Both the position numbers and the translations under genes were made by a program. DNA of 64,000 nt from the NCBI GenBank assembly GCA_963724645.1, contig CAVRVJ010000005.1, positions 397,472 through 461,471 of the forward strand, in the 5' to 3' direction. The DNA comes from an uncultured Acidobacteriota bacterium (GTDB lineage: Bacteria > Acidobacteriota > Vicinamibacteria > Vicinamibacterales > SCN-69-37). Shown here one piece after another: positions 1-10,071 of the stretch (position 1 is its first letter; each line of letters opens with the position of its first letter). The notes beneath the pieces were generated by a model. That model was not told where the DNA came from. It did no database searches and saw only the letters and a list, made by a program, of their open reading frames with translations.

Positions 1-3000
1 CGATCAGTTGGCTGCCCTGACCTCCGGAGGCACCGTTGGGATCGCCGCGACAACCGTCACCGGTGTACGCCCGGCTGTCTGGCGGTCAATACAAGATCCT
101 GGCCTGGAGCGACGGCCCGGCAGAAAACGTCTGGCCGGATCGCCTCGCCGGCGAGGCGTCCGTCTTTGTCGCGCCCGGGAACGCTCGGCCTCAGACTCAT
201 CAGTGTTCAGCCCATTCTCTTCAACGAACACCGGATTGCAGTGGCCGCCGCGGAAACCGTGCTCGCACCGGCGATGGGCGTGGGCGAGCCGCCGGGCACC
301 TATCGGCTCGATACGTCATTCGGCCCCGTGGCCGTCCGGTATCCCGGCGGCATCGAGACCGCCCTCCACCCTGGGGCCTTCGCCATCACGCCGCCCGGCG
401 GCGGTGGCTTTGACGTGCAGGTGTCAGCGGAGGATTTGCGCGACGCCCGATTGACGTTCCGGCGACGTGCGCTCGCCCTCGCGGCCTTGCCGCTCATCGC
501 CGCCCTGCTCCTTTTGACCGGCCCCCTGCTCCGACGCCGCGGACGTAGCCGAGCGGCGCCGGACCTGTTGATATGGTCCGGCGCAGCCGCGCTACTGGTC
601 GGCGCCGCGGCCGCCGCGCTGGTTTGGTTGGCACGGCTGGTCGCCGCACCTGAAGGCGCTTCCGCGGCGATTGAAGGCTCTGGCCGCGCTCGGATTCGTC
701 GCGCTGCTGCCCACGTCGTGGTGGTGGCGCCAGCCGCATCGGCTGCGGGCTGCGCGCGCCCCGATCCGATTCGTGCTGGAACAGATCGCCGGCGGCGCCG
801 GCGCCGCCGGCGCCCTCTGGCTGACCGCGCGATTGTTCCACGCACGAATTACGCCGGCGGCCCTTGCCCAATGGCAGCTTCCGCTGTTCCGGTTGCCGGC
901 CGAGGATCTGTTGTCCGTGATCGGACTGTTGCTGTTGGAGCTCGCGCTGTTCTGGACTGCGGGCATGCTGCTCGCGGTTCTCGCCGGCCGCTGGCGCGTG
1001 GGCCCGGGTTGGTCCGGCCGGACAGCCTGGGCGGCCGTGCTATGGTTCGCCCCGATTGCCGTCCTGATGGTTCGTGGCGGGCCGCGCGCGCCGCAGTTGC
1101 TGGCGGGTGCCGCTCTGGTGATGTTCGGGTTGGTCGCCTCCGCAGTCAGGCGTCGGTATCGCCGGACGACCCAGGCAATGCGCCTGGTCGCCCTGTTTCT
1201 CGCGCTCGTCCTCCCCGTCGCGGCGCTTTATCCCCTTGCCTGGTTCTATGCCGACAGCACCGCCCGGGAGATCGTGGCGCGCGATTACGCCCCGGCGACT
1301 GCGCGCCGCCCCAACGACACGCTCGACGTGCTCACGCGAGTCCGGGCGGAAATCGATCGCATTCCGATCATGCGGCTGCTGCCGCTCGTCGCGCCGATTG
1401 CCCCCGAAGGTGCTCCCGTGCCGACGCTGCCCGCTTTTGAAGTCTGGAGCGAGACGAGCCTCGCGAGCACGCGGCTGACGGCGGCGATTGAGTTGTACAG
1501 CGCCGACGGCGCGCTCGTGAGCCGGTTCGCCCTCAACATGCCCGAGTACCGAAAGCGCTTCTGATACGAGTTTCAAATCGATGCCCACAAGCTGCAGTTG
1601 GGGAGTCTTCGGCGAGGCGGTGCCGTTCGGCGCCGAAGAACGCGACATGCTGCACGCGCGCCGCCAGGTCTGCGATCCGTCGGGAAGACCGCACGGGGCG
1701 ATCCTCGTCCACGTCATCAACGACTACCAGACGCTGCCGTTCGTCTCGACACCCCATCCGTACCGAGACCTGCTCAGGGCGCCTGCCGGCCTGCCGCGAG
1801 GCTCCGTGCTGAACGACCTGCAAGTGGTGGTCTACGGCTGGAGTTTCACGCCGACGTTCACCTCCGGGAACGTCGCCTGGCCGATCACGCCGGATCTGTT
1901 TCGCCGGCTCTACCAGTCGCGCGAGCCCTTCTGGACGCCCCTCGACGCCGAGGGGCGCCGCTACGACGTCTATTTCTCGAACGACTTCCGCTTCGTCTAC
2001 GCGCTTGGCTACCCGTCGGCGACCTGGCTGCAGCACCTGACGCGACTCGCCGAAGCGGCGGCGGTCATGGCCGTGCTCTTTCTGCTGATGCTGCTCGGCG
2101 CCGCGGTGTACTCGCCGTTTGCGCGCCTCGCGTCCGCTCCGCTCCGAACCGTGCTGGACGAAATCCGCACGAGCTTCTACCGCAAGCTGTTTCTCTTCTT
2201 CGTGCTCGCGGCGATCGGTCCGGTGCTCATGTTCGCGCTGGCGTTTGGCGTGTACATGACGGCCAAGTTCCGCGCCGACGTCGAAAGTGAGGCCTCGACC
2301 GTGGTGACCGTGGCCCGCCGCGTGCTCGAGCAGACCTCCAGCTTCGGGGCGCGGTCCGGCGCGTTGAGCGACGACGTGATGGTCTGGGTCGGCCAGGTCG
2401 TGCACCAGGACGTGAATCTGTTCGAGGGTCCCGAACTGCTCGCCACCAGTCAGCGGGATCTGTACGCGTCGGGGCTGCTGCCTACGCGGACACCGGCTCA
2501 GGTCTATCGCGCGATTGCGCTGAACCGGCTGCCGAGTTTCGTCGGAGGCGAATGGCTGGGGCCATCTGCGTACGTCGTCGCCGCCGCCCCCATGCCGACG
2601 GCGGGGCGCGATTTCGTGCTCAGCGTCCCGCTGGCCTCGCGGCAGCGCGAAATCGAGCGCGAAATCGACGAGCTGAATCGGGGCGTGCTGGTAGGCGCGG
2701 TGTTCGTCATTCTCTTCGCCGCGGGATTGGGCGCATCGGTCGCCAGCCGGGTGTCCGATCCCGGTGGCTCGCCTGTCGCGCGCGACAAGACAGATTGCCG
2801 CGGGGAAACTCGACGTGCGTCTGGTCGCCGACACCGCCGACGAGCTCAGCCGCCTCATCGCCGACTTCAACACCATGGCCGCGACCCTCAGCGCGCAGCG
2901 GGCAGAACTGGCTCGCTCGCATCAGCTCCAAGCGTGGGCCGAGATGGCGCGGCAGGTCGCCCACGAAATCAAGAACCCGCTTACGCCCATTCAGCTCGCA

Positions 3001-3631
3001 GCCGAGCATCTCGATCACGTGCACGCAGACCGCGGACGGCCGCTCGGCGCCGTCTTCGATCAATGCGTGACAACGATCCTCCGCCAGGTGCGGCTGCTTA
3101 CGGCAGATCGCGAGCGAATTCTCGATGTTCGCTGGCCAGCCTGCGCCGCGCTTCAGCGCCGTGTCACTGGATGACCTGCTGGAGGAAGTGACGCGTCCCT
3201 ATCGTGTCGGGCTGGGACCCGAGACCACCATCACGATCGAGTTGCCCGCGGCGCTGCCACAGGTCTGGATCGATCGGACCCTGGTCGCGCGGGCGGTGAC
3301 GAATCTTCTCGAAAATGCCGTGCAGGCGATGCCAAACGGTGGGAGGCTCCGTGTCACGGGCGCAGTCGAGGATGGCCAGGTGGTGTTGACGCTCGCCGAC
3401 ACAGGCGTTGGAATGGACGCGGACGCCGCCGCCCGGGCGTTCGAGCCGTACTTCTCGACGAAGACCGCCGGATCGGGCCTGGGACTGGCCAACGCCCGCC
3501 GTAACATCGAGACGTCCGGGGGATCGATTACGCTCATCAGCGCGCCCGGACAGGGTACGTCGGTGATCGTCACTCTGCCGTCGGCTGCGCCGCCCGCCGC
3601 CCGTGAAGCCGGCTCCACGCCAATCCGATGA
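1..3631 (+). pseudogene. NtrY-family sensor histidine kinase (multi-TM sensor region, HAMP, HisKA, HATPase_c); 5' end outside the window; reading frame broken about 6 times
   Basis: H-box 'AHEIKNPLTPIQL' and HAMP 'ADELSRLIADFNTMA' (ORF 2764..3174). N/G boxes 'NLLENAVQAM', 'DTGVGMD', 'GSGLGL' (ORF 3125..3631). TM-rich sensor region in ORFs 671..1564 and 1581..3191. Plausible protein sequence can be followed through frames 2>0>1>2>0>1>2, with junctions near 60, 175, 645, 1570, 2760 and 3115. Confidence 0.7.
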
Positions 3632-4377
3632 AGGCCGACGACAGATAGCCGTACGCGAGCACCAGCAGCGTGAAGCGCGGCGACGCGTAGATGCTGGCCA
3701 CGAGGACGCTGAACACCAGCAGCGGCGTATAGGACGGGCCCCAACCAAAGTTGATGGTCTTGAAACTCCGGAAGCGGATCGTGCTCACCATCAACGCCGC
3801 GGGAACGAGCATGACCAGAACAGCGGCGAGCGCCTGCCATGGCGCGGGCTCGCTGAAGATCAGCCGCAGGTCGACGGGCTGGGTCAACGGAAATGGCCAC
3901 GCGAACACCGTTGCCGCTGCCACCCCGGCCGCTGGCGGACTGGGCATGCCGACGAAGTACCGCTTGTCGGTGGGCGTCGTCGACTGGATGTTGAATCTTG
4001 CGAGCCGCATGGCGGCCGCGCTCACATAGATGAATCCCGCCGCCCATCCGACTCGTCCGAGCTCCGAGAGGCCCCATGCGAATGTCAGGACCGCGGGCGC
4101 CAGACCGAAGGAGATGACGTCGGCGAGCGAATCGAGCTCCAGCCCGAAGGCGCTGGCCGTGCCGGTCATCCGCGCGATGCGTCCGTCGAGCATGTCGAGC
4201 AGGATCGCGATCCCGATGAACGGTGCGGCGGTCTCGAGCTCGCCCGCGCATCGCGTGGACGACGCAGGCATAGCCGCAGAACATGTTGCCGACGGTGAAG
4301 ATGCTGGGCAGCAGGTAGATGCCACGCCGGAACTCGCGGCTCGACGTCCGGCGCGCGGGACGAAACGGCTCGAGCAT
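3570..4377 (-). pseudogene. pssA: CDP-diacylglycerol--serine O-phosphatidyltransferase, one frame slip near 4240
   Basis: N-terminus 'RRGIYLLPSIFTVGNMFCGYACV' (frame of ORF 3199..4377) continues as 'FIGIAILLDMLDGRIARMTG' (CDP-alcohol phosphatidyltransferase motif) in the frame of ORF 3570..4448. ATG at 4377 directly follows the psd stop (4378-4380). Confidence 0.75.
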
Positions 4378-5010
4378 TTATCCCTCAGCCGCGAGGCGGG
4401 CGATGATCGTTTCGCCGCCGCGCACCTTTTGGCGGGCCAGGACCGCAAGCGCGGCGCTCATCGGCACGAAGACGTCCATCCGCGATCCGAACTTCATCAG
4501 GCCCAGCCGGCCGCCGGCCGGTACGACGTCACCGGGGGTGAGCCGGCAGACCACGCGACGGGCAAGGACGCCGACCACCTGCCGGGCGACCACCGTTTGA
4601 CCGTCATGATCGAACCATATCTCGGATTGCTCGTTCTCGTGCGCATCGGCGCGGTAGGCCGGCCGGAACGTCCCCCGGCGATACTCGACCCTCGTGACAC
4701 GCCCGGATACGGGCGCGCGGTTGATGTGCACGTCGAGCGGCGACAGAAAAATCGTGACTTGTTGCCATGCGCCGGGCGGCGTTCGGCCGCGGACGCCAAT
4801 TCCCGCAAAAACGACGGTGCCATCTGCCGGGGACAGCACCAGATTCGGGCCCAGCGGCGGCGTCCGTTCCGGGTCCCGAAAGAAGAGCGCAATCGCGAGC
4901 GGAAGGACGAGCAGCGCCAGGCCCGCAGCCGGCGCGCGCGTCGCAAACATGATCGCGGCCGGCACGGCCGCCACGGCAACAAAGGGCAGACCGGCGCGGT
5001 CAATGGACAA
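4378..5010 (-). CDS. psd: Phosphatidylserine decarboxylase (short, archaetidylserine-decarboxylase-like form)
   Basis: 210-aa ORF with N-terminal TM helices and the pyruvoyl-forming G-S motif 'LMKFGSRMDV'. TTG start at 5010. Tightly coupled to pssA downstream. Confidence 0.8.
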   Translation of the reverse strand: MSIDRAGLPFVAVAAVPAAIMFATRAPAAGLALLVLPLAIALFFRDPERTPPLGPNLVLSPADGTVVFAGIGVRGRTPPGAWQQVTIFLSPLDVHINRAPVSGRVTRVEYRRGTFRPAYRADAHENEQSEIWFDHDGQTVVARQVVGVLARRVVCRLTPGDVVPAGGRLGLMKFGSRMDVFVPMSAALAVLARQKVRGGETIIARLAAEG

Positions 5011-5070
5011 GGAGACCCTTCGCGGGCTTCGCGGCCCTTCCTGGTTCAGAGGGAAATGGTACGCGGGCGC

Positions 5071-5319
5071 TCAGTGCGGCGTTGTGCTGCGCCGCCCACG
5101 CTTCATCGCTTCGATGCGATCTTTGAGCGCAAGCTTCTGCTTCTTCAGTGAGATTTCCTCGTATTGCTGCTGGTCGGTCAGGTGGGCGGAGCTGGAAAGT
5201 TGGCGGATGCGTTCGTCGAGCAGGTGATGCTCCGTAACCAGTTGGTGCAGCGCGTCGTCGGTTCGGAGCAGCACGTCTTTCACGTCGAGTGTCTTGTCCG
5301 GGACCTGAGCATCGGCCAT
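5071..5319 (-). CDS. DUF465 (YdcH-like) small coiled-coil protein
   Basis: 82-aa ORF: 'LVTEHHLLDERIRQL...LTDQQQYEEISLKKQKLALKDRIEAM', the typical DUF465 pattern. Confidence 0.7.
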   Translation of the reverse strand: MADAQVPDKTLDVKDVLLRTDDALHQLVTEHHLLDERIRQLSSSAHLTDQQQYEEISLKKQKLALKDRIEAMKRGRRSTTPH

Positions 5320-5393
5320 GCCCCGCCTCCTTTGTGAGTTAGCTCGCCAATTCGAGATTCAAGGCGCAACATTGGGAAGGTTTCGACCGAACC

Positions 5394-5882
5394 CTAACAC
5401 AAGCGTTCGGGCCGAGCAAGGGATCGATTCCACAAGATGAGGGCGTCTTCACGCGGCTCCTGGTAATAGTCACGCCGCACGCCTTCCACGAGGAAGCCAA
5501 GGCGCTCGTACAGCATGCGCGCCGCGTTGTTCGACTGCCGGACCTCGAGCGTCGCGCTCCGCGCACCGGCGCGCACGGCATCGCGGAAGACCTCCGCCAG
5601 CAGGCGCCGCGCCAGTCCACGCCGCCGCCACGGAACGTCGACCGCCAGACTGTTGATGTGCAGCTCGTCGAACACCATCCAGCATGCGCAATAGCCCACG
5701 AGCGTTCCGCCGGGTGACCGCATCAGATACAGCCGGGCGACGTCCGTATTTTTCAATTCCCACTGCAGTGCCTCCGCGCTCCACGTGTTCGTGAAGGCGC
5801 GGCGCTGGAGCGCCTCGACCTCGGTGAGGTCGTCCTGGGCGGACGCCCGGACGATCGCGAAATCCAGATCGGGAGACGTCAC
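5394..5882 (-). CDS. rimI: Ribosomal-protein-alanine N-acetyltransferase (GNAT)
   Basis: The last 162 codons of ORF 5394..6296 carry 'INSLAVDVPWRRRGLARRLL' (acetyl-CoA motif) and 'RMLYERLGF'. GTG start at 5882 overlaps the tsaB stop (GTGA, 5879-5882). Confidence 0.8.
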   Translation of the reverse strand: MTSPDLDFAIVRASAQDDLTEVEALQRRAFTNTWSAEALQWELKNTDVARLYLMRSPGGTLVGYCACWMVFDELHINSLAVDVPWRRRGLARRLLAEVFRDAVRAGARSATLEVRQSNNAARMLYERLGFLVEGVRRDYYQEPREDALILWNRSLARPERLC

Positions 5883-6625
5883 GGGCGCGCCAGGTCGGCC
5901 CGTTCGCGCGCCAACACTGCGTCGGGGCGACGGATGTACAGCGGCCGCAGCGCGTGCGGCGCGGTTGCCTGCTCCGTACGGCGTGCTGCCATTCGCGCGG
6001 CCGTGGCGGCGAGTGGCGTCGCGCCCTCCTCGATCCGCAGACCAACCGCCGAGAGAGTGGCCGCGTGCCGCGCCACGCCGAGCCCGACCACCACAGCGGA
6101 CGGATCGATCCTCCCCGCCTTCACCAGCCCGGCCAGATCGTCCGGCGATCCCACACTCGGCTCGATGAGCGGCGTCGCGCGTTCGATCGGCTCGTTGAGG
6201 TTCATGATCCAGGCCGCGAAGAAGATGTCGCCACGCTGGCCGTCGAGGCACGACACAGCGATCGTGGAGGGTCCAGAGGCCTGCTGCAGTCTCCACCCCT
6301 CCGCCATCGCCTCGAGCGTCGGAACCGCGACCACGCGGCGTCCGGCGGCCAGCGCGAGACCCTGCACCGCCGCCACGCCGACGCGCAACCCTGTGAATGA
6401 GCCCGGCCCCGCCACGACGGCCAGGAGATCGACGTCGCGCAGCGACAACTGCTGCTCTTCGATGAGCGCGAGCAGTTCACACGGCAGGCGCTCGCCGTGC
6501 GTGCGTGCGGCGTCGCCGACACGCGCGTGGCACGTGTCGCCGATCAACAGCGCGACACTGCCCTGCCGCGTCGCGGTCTCGAGCGCCAGAACCACCATGG
6601 GCGCAATGTTATACTCCGCTTTCAT
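5879..6625 (-). CDS. tsaB: tRNA threonylcarbamoyladenosine biosynthesis protein TsaB
   Basis: 'VLALETATRQGSVALL...LLAVVAGPGSFTGLRVGVAAVQGLA' in ORF 5879..6676. Start is uncertain (ATG 6625 or 6598). Classic tsaB-rimI pair. Confidence 0.8.
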   Translation of the reverse strand: MKAEYNIAPMVVLALETATRQGSVALLIGDTCHARVGDAARTHGERLPCELLALIEEQQLSLRDVDLLAVVAGPGSFTGLRVGVAAVQGLALAAGRRVVAVPTLEAMAEGWRLQQASGPSTIAVSCLDGQRGDIFFAAWIMNLNEPIERATPLIEPSVGSPDDLAGLVKAGRIDPSAVVVGLGVARHAATLSAVGLRIEEGATPLAATAARMAARRTEQATAPHALRPLYIRRPDAVLARERADLARP

Positions 6626-6702
6626 CTCGGCACTCCGATGTTCCGCTCGTTGTGAACTCGTCTTCTTCCCCTCCAACGTCGTCTCCTTCGGTCACGCCCG
6701 CG

Positions 6703-9300
6703 ATGCGCCAGTACCTCGACGTCAAGCGGCAGCACCGCGACGCCATCGTGTTCTTTCGCATGGGCGACTTCTACGAGATGTTCTACGAAGACGCCCTGAC
6801 CGCCTCTCGCGTGCTCGAGTTGACGCTCACCTCCCGTGCGAAAGAGACGACGGGTGCCTCCATTCCGATGTGCGGCGTGCCTTTTCACGCCGTGGACGGC
6901 TACCTCGGCCGGCTGGTGCGCAAGGGCTACCGTGTCGCCATCTGTGACCAGGTGGAAGATGCCCGGAAGGCCAAAGGGCTCGTCAAACGCGAGGTCACGC
7001 GCGTCGTCTCGCCCGGCACGTTCTCCGACGCCTCGTACCTGGAGGCGCGGGAGCCCGCTTTTCTCGCGGCCGTGTGCCGCGCCGGCCTCGCGTCGGCGGG
7101 GTACGGGTTGGCATTTCTGGACGTGTCCACCGGCGAGTTCTGCGCCGCAGAGTTCGCTGGTCCGGACGCTGCGGCGGCATTGGCCGCCGAACTGGCCGTG
7201 CTGCGTCCGAAAGAGCTCCTGGTGTCGGACGCCGACGACCCCGCGGCGATCCTGCCGGCGGCTGGCCCGGATTCGCCGCGCCTCACGCGCGTCGAGGAGT
7301 GGACGTTCGAACCGGCTCGCGCGCGCGCGACGCTCCTCGAGCAATTCCATACGGCGTCGCTCGGCGCGCTACGGCCTCGAGGCGGCGCCTTCAGCGCTCT
7401 CGGCCGCCGGGGCGATCGTCTCGTATCTCCGCGAGACGCAGGGGCGTGAACTCGCGCACGTGCGCGACATTTCGCTGCGTGTGTCCGCCGACGCGCTGAT
7501 CGTGGATCCCGTCACGCTTCGCCATCTCGGGCTCGTCGAGGGGCCGGACGGCGGACGCGATGGCTCGGTGCTGAGTGAGTTGGATCGGACCGTCACGTCA
7601 ATGGGCGCCCGGCTGATGCGCGCCTGGATCGTGCGCCCCTCATCGCGCTGGCGCGAATCCAGGATCGGCTCGATGCCGTGGAGGATCTGGCGTTCCGGCC
7701 GACCGACCGCGCCAGGCTGCGCGACCTGCTGAAAGGCATGCACGATCTCGAGCGCCTGATTTCGCGAGTATCGCTCGGCACCGCGGGGCCCCGCGATCTC
7801 GTGTCGCTTGGCCACTCCCTGGGCCTGCTGCCACGGCTGCTCACCCTCGTCTCGGACTTGCAGGCGCCACTCATTCGCAGTCTCACCGCTGAAATCGATC
7901 CCCTCGCGGACGTGCGCGAGGCGATCGAGACCACGGTCGTGGACGAGCCGCCGGCGGTCGCGCGCGACGGCGGAGTCATTCGCGATGGGGTCGACGCCGA
8001 ACTGGATGGCCTGCGATCGATCAGCCGCGGCGGCAAGACATCGATCGCCGCCATGGAGGATGGCGAACGCTCGCGCACCGGCATTCAGTCGCTGAAGATC
8101 CGCTACAACCGCGTCTTCGGGTACTACATCGAGATCTCCAAGAGCCACCTCGCCAGCGTGCCGTCCGACTACGTCCGCAAGCAGACGATCGCGGGCGGCG
8201 AGCGATACATCACGCCCGCGCTCAAGGAGTACGAGGACAAGGTGATCGGCGCCGATGAACGGATTGCCTCGCGGGAGCTCGAGATCTTCGAGCTGCTCCG
8301 GATCCGCATCAGCGCCGAGGCGCCGCGCGTGCTCGACACCGCACGGGCCGTCGCCGCACTCGACGCCCTGGCCGCCCTGGCCGAAACCGCCTCGGTCTCG
8401 AACTACACCAAGCCGCAGGTTCACGAAGGGGACGAGTTTGCCGCAGCCGATGCACGCCATCCCGTCGTCGAGCGGCGCGTCACGGCTGCGTTCGTCCCGA
8501 ACGATGTGCTCTTGAACGCGGCCGATCGTCAGTTGATGATCCTCACCGGTCCGAACATGGGCGGCAAGTCGACCTACCTCAGGCAGACCGCGCTGCTCGG
8601 CATCCTCGCGCAGATGGGCTCATTCGTGCCCGCCCGCACGGCCAAGCTCGCCCTCGTGGATCGAATCTTTGCGAGAGTGGGCGCGTCGGACAACATCACC
8701 CGCGGACAGTCGACGTTCATGGTCGAGATGCAGGAGACGGCGACCATCCTCCACGCCGCGACGTCGCGCAGCCTGGTCATCCTCGACGAGATCGGCCGCG
8801 GCACCGCGACGTTTGACGGTCTCAGCCTGGCGTGGGCCGTCGCCGAGCATCTCGCCTCGAATGATCGCGCGCGACCGAAGACGATCTTCGCCACGCACTA
8901 CCACGAGCTGACCGATCTGGCCGATGCCCTTCCCGGCGTCGTCAACTGCCACACGGCGGCCCGCGAGTACAAAGATGACATCGTCTTTCTGCACAAGATC
9001 ATCGCGGGGCGCTCGGATCGCAGCTATGGCATTCACGTGGCCAGACTGGCAGGGCTGCCGCCTGGAGTCGTGCGCCGGGCGACGGAGATTCTGCGCTCGC
9101 TCGAGCAAGACGAGCTGCAGCGCGGCGGCCGGCCGAGTCTCAGCGGCAGCGGCGCGCCGGCCCAGCGCCAGCTCGGACTCTTCCAGCCCGCCGCCGACAC
9201 GCATCCGGTGGTCGAGCGCCTGCGCACGATCGATGTCGATCGCCTCACGCCGATCGATGCGCTCAATCTCGTCGCGGACTTGAAGCGCGACGCGGAGTAA
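6703..9300 (+). pseudogene. mutS: DNA mismatch repair protein MutS, two frame slips (near 7365 and 7635)
   Basis: 'MRQYLDVKRQHRDAIVFFRMGDFYEMFYEDA' N-terminus (ATG 6703, possibly GTG 6652). The middle piece 'AIVSYLRETQGRELAHV...SMGARLMRAWIVRP' lies in the frame of ORF 6836..7732. The C-terminal 540 aa (ORF 7678..9300) carry Walker A 'GPNMGGKST' and 'STFMVEMQE'. Confidence 0.85.
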
Positions 9301-9339
9301 GCCTTCTGGATTTGCAAAGTTCAGTACAATGCCGGTCCG

Positions 9340-10071
9340 ATGAGCCGTCGCAAGTCGCGATTCCTTCGCAAGCCCGTTGAACCGTTCGCCGTCACGGCGG
9401 GTCTGTCGGCTGACGATCTGTTGACTCGCATGGAACGGATTTCGTTCCAGGGTCGCAATGTGGCCACCGCCCGGCGTATCTGGGAAAAGATGCTCGCGAG
9501 CGACGCCACCATCTTCATGGGGATCGCCGGCGCGCTCTCGGCCGGCGGCATGCGTCTCATCATCGCGCACCTCATCGAGCACCGCCACATCGACTGTCTG
9601 GTCTCGACGGGTGCGAATGCTACGACGATCTGCACGAGACGAGAGGGCGCCGGCACTTCATCGGATCGCCGACGTTGGACGACGCGGCGCTGGCCGCCGA
9701 ACGGATCGACCGCGTGTACGACACCCTGACGAGCGAGGATGAATTCTGCCGCAACGACGAGTGGATCGCCGCGGACAAAGTGTCCGGGCACAGATACGCC
9801 CTCCAGATCGTCACCGACGTCCCCCATTTCGGCGGCGCCAGCGGCTCCAGCCTCGAGGAGGCCCAGAGCTGGGGCAAGCTCTCGAATCGAGTCTGAAAGG
9901 GTGACCGTGCAGAGCGACGTAACACTGGCCCTCCCGTTGCTTGTGACGGCGCTTGAAACCAGCGGCAAGGAGCTGCTCGCCAGGCGCAAGCGCCCTCACT
10001 TCGATGCTTCGGGCCGCCTCTTGATCCTCGACGGCCAGGCCTTGCCCGACAACCGCTACCAGGAGTCGTGA
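9340..10071 (+). pseudogene. Deoxyhypusine synthase-like protein, frame slips near 9620 and 9880 and an apparent internal deletion
   Basis: 'FQGRNVATA...IFMGIAGALSAGGMR...IDCLVSTGAN' (frame 1). 'YDDLHETRGRRHFIGSPTLDD...IDRVYD...YALQIVTDVPHFGGASGSSLEEAQSWGKL' follows in another frame. 'VTVQSDVTLALPLL' returns to frame 1. About 244 codons in total, whereas characterised family members are (from memory) over 300 aa. Confidence 0.6.

Noticed and set aside
166-1440. 424-aa plus-strand ORF taken as one gene
   Set aside because: Only about 175-645 is in the real kinase frame. Downstream it turns into Arg/Ala/Pro-rich read-through ('RRRRRRRRPLADRA...') while the true frame continues in ORF 671..1564.
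1533-2876. 447-aa minus-strand ORF
   Set aside because: It is antisense to the well-supported sensor kinase. Its Arg/Gly/His/Glu-rich composition is typical of high-GC shadow ORFs, and it has no recognisable motif.
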